Assembly: GCA_965207445.1 (NCBI GenBank)
Contig: CBDBLX010000002.1
Coordinates: 2,007,849 to 2,071,848 of the forward strand
Reading direction: 5' to 3'
Length of the DNA stretch: 64,000 nucleotides
Source: Nitrosopumilus sp.
GTDB lineage: Archaea; Thermoproteota; Nitrososphaeria; Nitrososphaerales; Nitrosopumilaceae
This document shows, piece by piece, positions 62,264-64,000 of this stretch. A program made the position numbers and the translations under genes. How positions within the stretch are numbered: position 1 is the stretch's first letter; every line of letters starts with the position of its first letter. The notes beneath the pieces are model-generated. The model was not told the origin of the DNA and ran no database searches. It saw only the letters and a list, made by a program, of their open reading frames with translations.

Positions 62264-64000
62264 TTACAATACCAACACTGCTACAAATGCAGATACAAAC
62301 ACAATTGCAATTGTATTGAGTAGTTTGATTACAGTATTCAATGCAGGGCCAGCCGTGTCCTTGTAAGGATCACCAATAATATCTCCAACGACTGCCACCT
62401 TGTGCTCTTCTGTACCCTTCTGCCCCTTCATCTCTACTAGTTTTTTGGCATTGTCCCATGCACCACCAGTATTTGCTAGATGGTACGCCAAGAATATTCC
62501 CGTCACTACAGATCCCATCAATAATCCTGCAACAGCAGTTGGTCCAAGTAATACGCCAAGTATTATCGGGGCAATAATAGCAATGATAGCAGACTTCCAT
62601 AACTCTTTGATTGATGCGACAGTTGCAATATCCACACATTTGGCATAATCGGGTTTTGATTTGCCTGTCAGTATCTCAGGATCTGCTTTGAACTGTCTGC
62701 GAACCTCATCTACCATCTTCGATGCAGCTCTAGATACACCACTTATCAATTGACCTGTGATGATAAATGGAACCAGTCCACCCACAAGCAACCCCACAAT
62801 AACAGCAGGGTTTGTAAGACTATAGTCAAGTGCCAATACACCCTCAAAGATGTGAGCGGCTTCGAATTGAAATGCCTGAATCATGGCAAGCGCAGCCAAT
62901 GCGGCACTTGCAATTGCAAATCCTTTTGTGACTGCTTTAGTTGTGTTTCCAACAGCATCAATCTCATCAGTCACCTTACGATTTTCCTCACCCATTCCAG
63001 TCATCTCTACTATACCACCTGCATTATCAGCTATTGGACCAAACGCATCAATACTAAGCACTATGCCTGCTAGACTCAACATTGCCATTGCAGTAAGGGC
63101 AGTACCAAATATTCCATAAAGGACAGGATCTTCTCCTGCAGGTGCAGCGCTAGATGCCACACTAAATGATATTATTATTGCAGCCACTAGTGCGATCATA
63201 AACGGTCCTGTTGATTGTAATCCCTTTATGATACCCATCAATGTTAAAGATGCATAACCCCAACGTGCAGAATCGGCAATCTCAATTACAGGTTTGTATT
63301 TGTAATTAGTATAATGATCAGTTATCTTCTGTATAACAGGCACCAAAATAACACCAATTATTGTAGTTCCAAACAACGCATACGAAGTTATAGTATCACC
63401 AATGAACCACATTGTAAAGACAAAGTTCAGAGCAATTGCTATACCTGCAGAGACATAAAATGATCTATTGAGGGGTTTCATAACATCAGTAATATTCTTT
63501 GAGCCAACAATTGCCACACCTATAATAGATGCAATCATGCCAGATGTACCAATCAGTATTGGGTACAAGAACAATTCTGGCGCTCCGATGAGGGCAGCAA
63601 TCAAGATGGCAGCCAAGATAGTCACTATATATGACTCGTATACATCAGAGCCCATACCAGCAGCATCACCTACATTGTCACCTACATTGTCAGCTATAGT
63701 AGCAGGATTACGAGGATCATCTTCAGGTATATTGGCCTCTACTTTGCCAACCAAGTCAGCACCCATATCGGCTGCTTTTGTGAATATTCCACCACCGATT
63801 CTTATGAATAGTGCAATTAAACTAGCTCCAATCCCAACGCCTGCAATTGTAATCGGATCCTGATATATTAGATACAATCCAGTAATTGCCAAGAGTGCCA
63901 TTGCAGGAACTGCCAGACCCACAGTTGCACCGCCACGAAATGCCATCGCAAATGTCTTTCCCAATCCACTACCACTCAGATTTGCAGCACGAACAGCTGC
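62264..64000 (-). CDS. hppA: Membrane-integral pyrophosphatase, 5' end outside the window; likely K+-independent H+-pumping type
   Basis: DMGADLVGKVE, DNVGDNVGD, GNTTKA (Lys variant), GDPYKDT. Confidence 0.95.
   Translation of the reverse strand, partial: AAVRAANLSGSGLGKTFAMAFRGGATVGLAVPAMALLAITGLYLIYQDPITIAGVGIGASLIALFIRIGGGIFTKAADMGADLVGKVEANIPEDDPRNPATIADNVGDNVGDAAGMGSDVYESYIVTILAAILIAALIGAPELFLYPILIGTSGMIASIIGVAIVGSKNITDVMKPLNRSFYVSAGIAIALNFVFTMWFIGDTITSYALFGTTIIGVILVPVIQKITDHYTNYKYKPVIEIADSARWGYASLTLMGIIKGLQSTGPFMIALVAAIIISFSVASSAAPAGEDPVLYGIFGTALTAMAMLSLAGIVLSIDAFGPIADNAGGIVEMTGMGEENRKVTDEIDAVGNTTKAVTKGFAIASAALAALAMIQAFQFEAAHIFEGVLALDYSLTNPAVIVGLLVGGLVPFIITGQLISGVSRAASKMVDEVRRQFKADPEILTGKSKPDYAKCVDIATVASIKELWKSAIIAIIAPIILGVLLGPTAVAGLLMGSVVTGIFLAYHLANTGGAWDNAKKLVEMKGQKGTEEHKVAVVGDIIGDPYKDTAGPALNTVIKLLNTIAIVFVSAFVAVLVL

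Overview
AT-rich chromosomal window from an ammonia-oxidising archaeon, most likely Nitrosopumilaceae. Evidence: S-layer-protein homologue, PEF-CTERM proteins, two-domain multicopper oxidase, cupredoxin, archaeal rps13/rps4, EF-1beta, CDC48, Pth2 and TruD. Long intergenic regions, frequent simple-sequence expansions and a dense small mobilome suggest a host-associated lineage (inference). Core content: metal transport (CDF, ZIP plus MCO), sufB-sufD-Rieske-sufS-sufU, a sixA-ppx-2x thymidylate-kinase-like cluster, DEAD helicase, heme o synthase and H+-PPase. The mobilome has three MITE families, two copies of an IS6-ended cassette carrying an AbrB-like gene, an IS66-like remnant, an IS630 and an IS110. 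The highlight is at 53.5-56.9 kb. An apparently intact IS110 has an upstream non-coding region that folds into a bridge-RNA-like structure. Its target guides (AAUCACU, GCAUAG) spell the reconstructed empty site AATCA-CT-ATGC, which is the junction between the IS630 terminal repeat and its 4-bp target duplication. A candidate structured ncRNA also sits beside a DUF3800-like gene fragment at about 35.95 kb. All calls come from reading the sequence; no searches or folding programs were run.
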